This document shows, in pieces, positions 61,403 to 64,000 of a stretch of DNA of 64,000 bases (its first letter is position 1; each line of letters opens with the position of its first letter). The stretch is from NCBI GenBank assembly GCA_002269645.1, contig NIVC01000169.1, forward strand, positions 496,001 through 560,000, given 5' to 3'. The notes beneath the pieces were generated by a model. It was not told where the DNA came from, made no database searches, and saw only the letters and a program-made list of their open reading frames with translations. The position numbers and the translations under genes were made by a program. Source of the stretch: Macrostomum lignano. Lineage: Eukaryota.

Positions 61403-62144
61403 ATAGGCGAGTCTTAAAGCAGCTTCCATCTCCTGAATCAGATTTTGAAAACTTAAATTTCATTTTAAAACTAAATAAATTCTCAACTCACTTGGGCTCC
61501 ATCGCATTCAAGGCAGCAGTTTTTGTATTGTCTGTCTCTAAACTACTTCAGAAACGAGATTTAATTAAACATTTCTGTAAACGTGGGTGCACGCGCCAGT
61601 TTAGCACAGCAGAAAGCTACATACATAGTACACAGACTTAGATGCGCACATGTAATTTGCACAACTACTCCAACGGGAATTTAAGCATTAATAATGCACA
61701 GATCCGATTGAGTTGAACTGGTCATTCATTCCCCCTGAATAAGGCCGCTTCTCGTGTACAGCGCAGCCGTACAACGCCCACAGAGACTCCCAAATTTGGC
61801 TTCTCTTCATCCTTTTGGATAGACGGGATATCCGGCTCATTCCCCTGACGTTCACGGGAATTCATGGGATTCAGAACCTTGTCTTCATCCAATCAGCCCC
61901 CACTCCTCCCGCCTCTGACAGCAGCGCATGGCTGGACCTGCTGATGGGGGGCAGCCTCGTTAATGATGAGGAACAGATGGCGGGTTACCCCACCCACTGC
62001 TTGACGGCTGCACTTTCTGTCGGCCGTTGTTGTATTATATAATGACCTCATTATCATTTTTGGGGATCTTTTCTTATTATGCAGAATAATCATTTTTATT
62101 TTATTATTTATTTCGATTTTCGCCATCAATTTTCTATATAAGAA

Positions 62145-64000
62145 TCAGTCTTGGCCTCACATGACTTTCTATAGGAATTGATCTTGTCTTCACTTGACTT
62201 TCTATAGGAATTGATCTTGTCTTCACTTGACTTTCTATAGGAGTCGGTCTTGTCTTCACTTGACTTTCTATAGGAATTGATCTTGTCTTCACTTGACTTT
62301 CTATAGGAATTAATCTTGTCTTCACTTGACTTTCTATAGGAATTGATCTTGTCCTCACTTGACTTTCTATAGGAATTGATCTTGTCTTCACTTGACTTTC
62401 TATAGGAATTGATCTTGTCTTCACTTGACTTTCTATAGGAATTGATCTTGTCTTCACTTGACTTTCTATAGGAATTGATCTTGTCTTCACTTGACTTTCT
62501 ATAGGAATTGATCTTGTCTTCACTTGACTTTCTATAGGAATTGATCTTGTCTTCACTTGACTTTCTATAGGAGTCGGTCTTGTCTTCACTTGACTTTCTA
62601 TAGGAATCGATCTTGTCTTCACTTGACTTTCTATAGGAATCGATCTTGTCTTCACTTGACTTTCTATAGGAATCGATCTTGTCTTCACTTGACTTTCTAT
62701 AGGAATTGATCTTGTCTTCACTTGACTTTCTATAGGAGTCGGTCTTGTCTTCACTTGACTTTCTATAGGAATCGATCTTGTCTTCACTTGACTTTCTATA
62801 GGAATTGATCTTGTCTTCACTTGACTTTCTATAGGAGTCGGTCTTGTCTTCACTTGACTTTCTATAGGAATCGATCTTGTCTTCACTTGACTTTCTATAG
62901 GAATCGATCTTGTCTTCACTTGACTTTCTATAGGAATCGATCTTGTCTTCACTTGACTTTCTATAGGAATTGATCTTGTCTTCACTTGACTTTCTATAGG
63001 AGTCGGTCTTGTCTTCACTTGACTTTCTATAGGAATCGATCTTGTCTTCACTTGACTTTCTATAGGAATCGATCTTGTCTTCACTTGACTTTCTATAGGA
63101 ATCGATCTTGTCTTCACTTGACTTTCTATAGGAATCGATCTTGTCTTCACTTGACTTTCTATAGGAATCGATCTTGTCTTCACTTGACTTTCTATAGGAA
63201 TCGATCTTGTCTTCACTTGACTTTCTATAGGAATTGATCTTGTCTTCACTTGACTTTCTATAGGAATTGATCTTGTCTTCACTTGACTTTCTATAGGAAT
63301 TGATCTTGTCTTCACTTGACTTTCTATAGGAATTGATCTTGTCTTCACTTGACTTTCTATAGGAATTGATCTTGTCTTCACTTGACTTTCTATAGGAATT
63401 GATCTTGTCTTCACTTGACTTTCTATAGGAGTCGGTCTTGTCTTCACTTGACTTTCTATAGGAATCGATCTTGTCTTCACTTGACTTTCTATAGGAATTG
63501 ATCTTGTCTTCACTTGACTTTCTATAGGAATCGATCTTGTCTTCACTTGACTTTCTATAGGAATTGATCTTGTCTTCACTTGACTTTCTATAGGAGTCGG
63601 TCTTGTCTTCACTTGACTTTCTATAGGAATCGATCTTGTCTTCACTTGACTTTCTATAGGAATTGATCTTGTCTTCACTTGACTTTCTATAGGAGTCGGT
63701 CTTGTCTTCACTTGACTTTCTATAGGAATCGATCTTGTCTTCACTTGACTTTCTATAGGAATCGATCTTGTCTTCACTTGACTTTCTATAGGAATCGATC
63801 TTGTCTTCACTTGACTTTCTATAGGAATTGATCTTGTCTTCACTTGACTTTCTATAGGAGTCGGTCTTGTCTTCACTTGACTTTCTATAGGAATCGATCT
63901 TGTCTTCACTTGACTTTCTATAGGAATCGATCTTGTCTTCACTTGACTTTCTATAGGAATCGATCTTGTCTTCACTTGACTTTCTATAGGAATCGATCTT
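62145..64000. repeat. 33-bp array (TTGACTTTCTATAGGAATTGATCTTGTCTTCAC), continues past the window end
   Basis: More than 55 tandem copies. Confidence 0.97.

Noticed and set aside
61740-62040. Possible upstream MAPKAPK2 exon
   Set aside because: No DFG or TPYY motif in any minus frame; the activation-loop exon must lie beyond 64000.
62134-63975. 613-aa ORF of KTRSIPIESQV repeats
   Set aside because: A 33-bp minisatellite that happens to lack stops in one frame; it lies in the MAPKAPK2 intron and has a TTG start and no unique sequence.

Overview
Eukaryotic animal genomic DNA with GC-rich exons and AT-rich or minisatellite-filled introns. The architecture suggests a flatworm such as Macrostomum lignano (inference, not tested). 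I built seven protein-coding gene models by hand from GT/AG phase continuity: GMPPA (minus, runs off the left end); intronless DCTN6 (minus); an uncharacterised, mostly disordered plus-strand protein with a PP1-type RVxF motif and a C-terminal helical domain resembling the kinesin-13 tail; a 16-exon kinesin-3 (KIF28/KLP-6-like, minus, about 1045 aa, ending in a CaaX box); a two-exon achaete-scute-family bHLH (minus); a four-exon EF-hand protein (plus); and the 3' exons of MAPKAPK2/3 (minus). The kinesin introns hold several insertions: a THAP/P-superfamily transposon (30-bp TIRs, 8-bp TSD, one frameshift) nested inside a related MITE with its own TIRs and 8-bp TSD, a truncated Gypsy LTR/gag remnant, a tRNA-type SINE-like repeat and an 18S rRNA fragment. 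About 36 tandem arrays occur, and nearly every long intron carries its own distinct unit. Most long ORFs in the supplied track are artefacts of these arrays. No database searches were run; family assignments rest on recognised motifs, and repeat boundaries are approximate.
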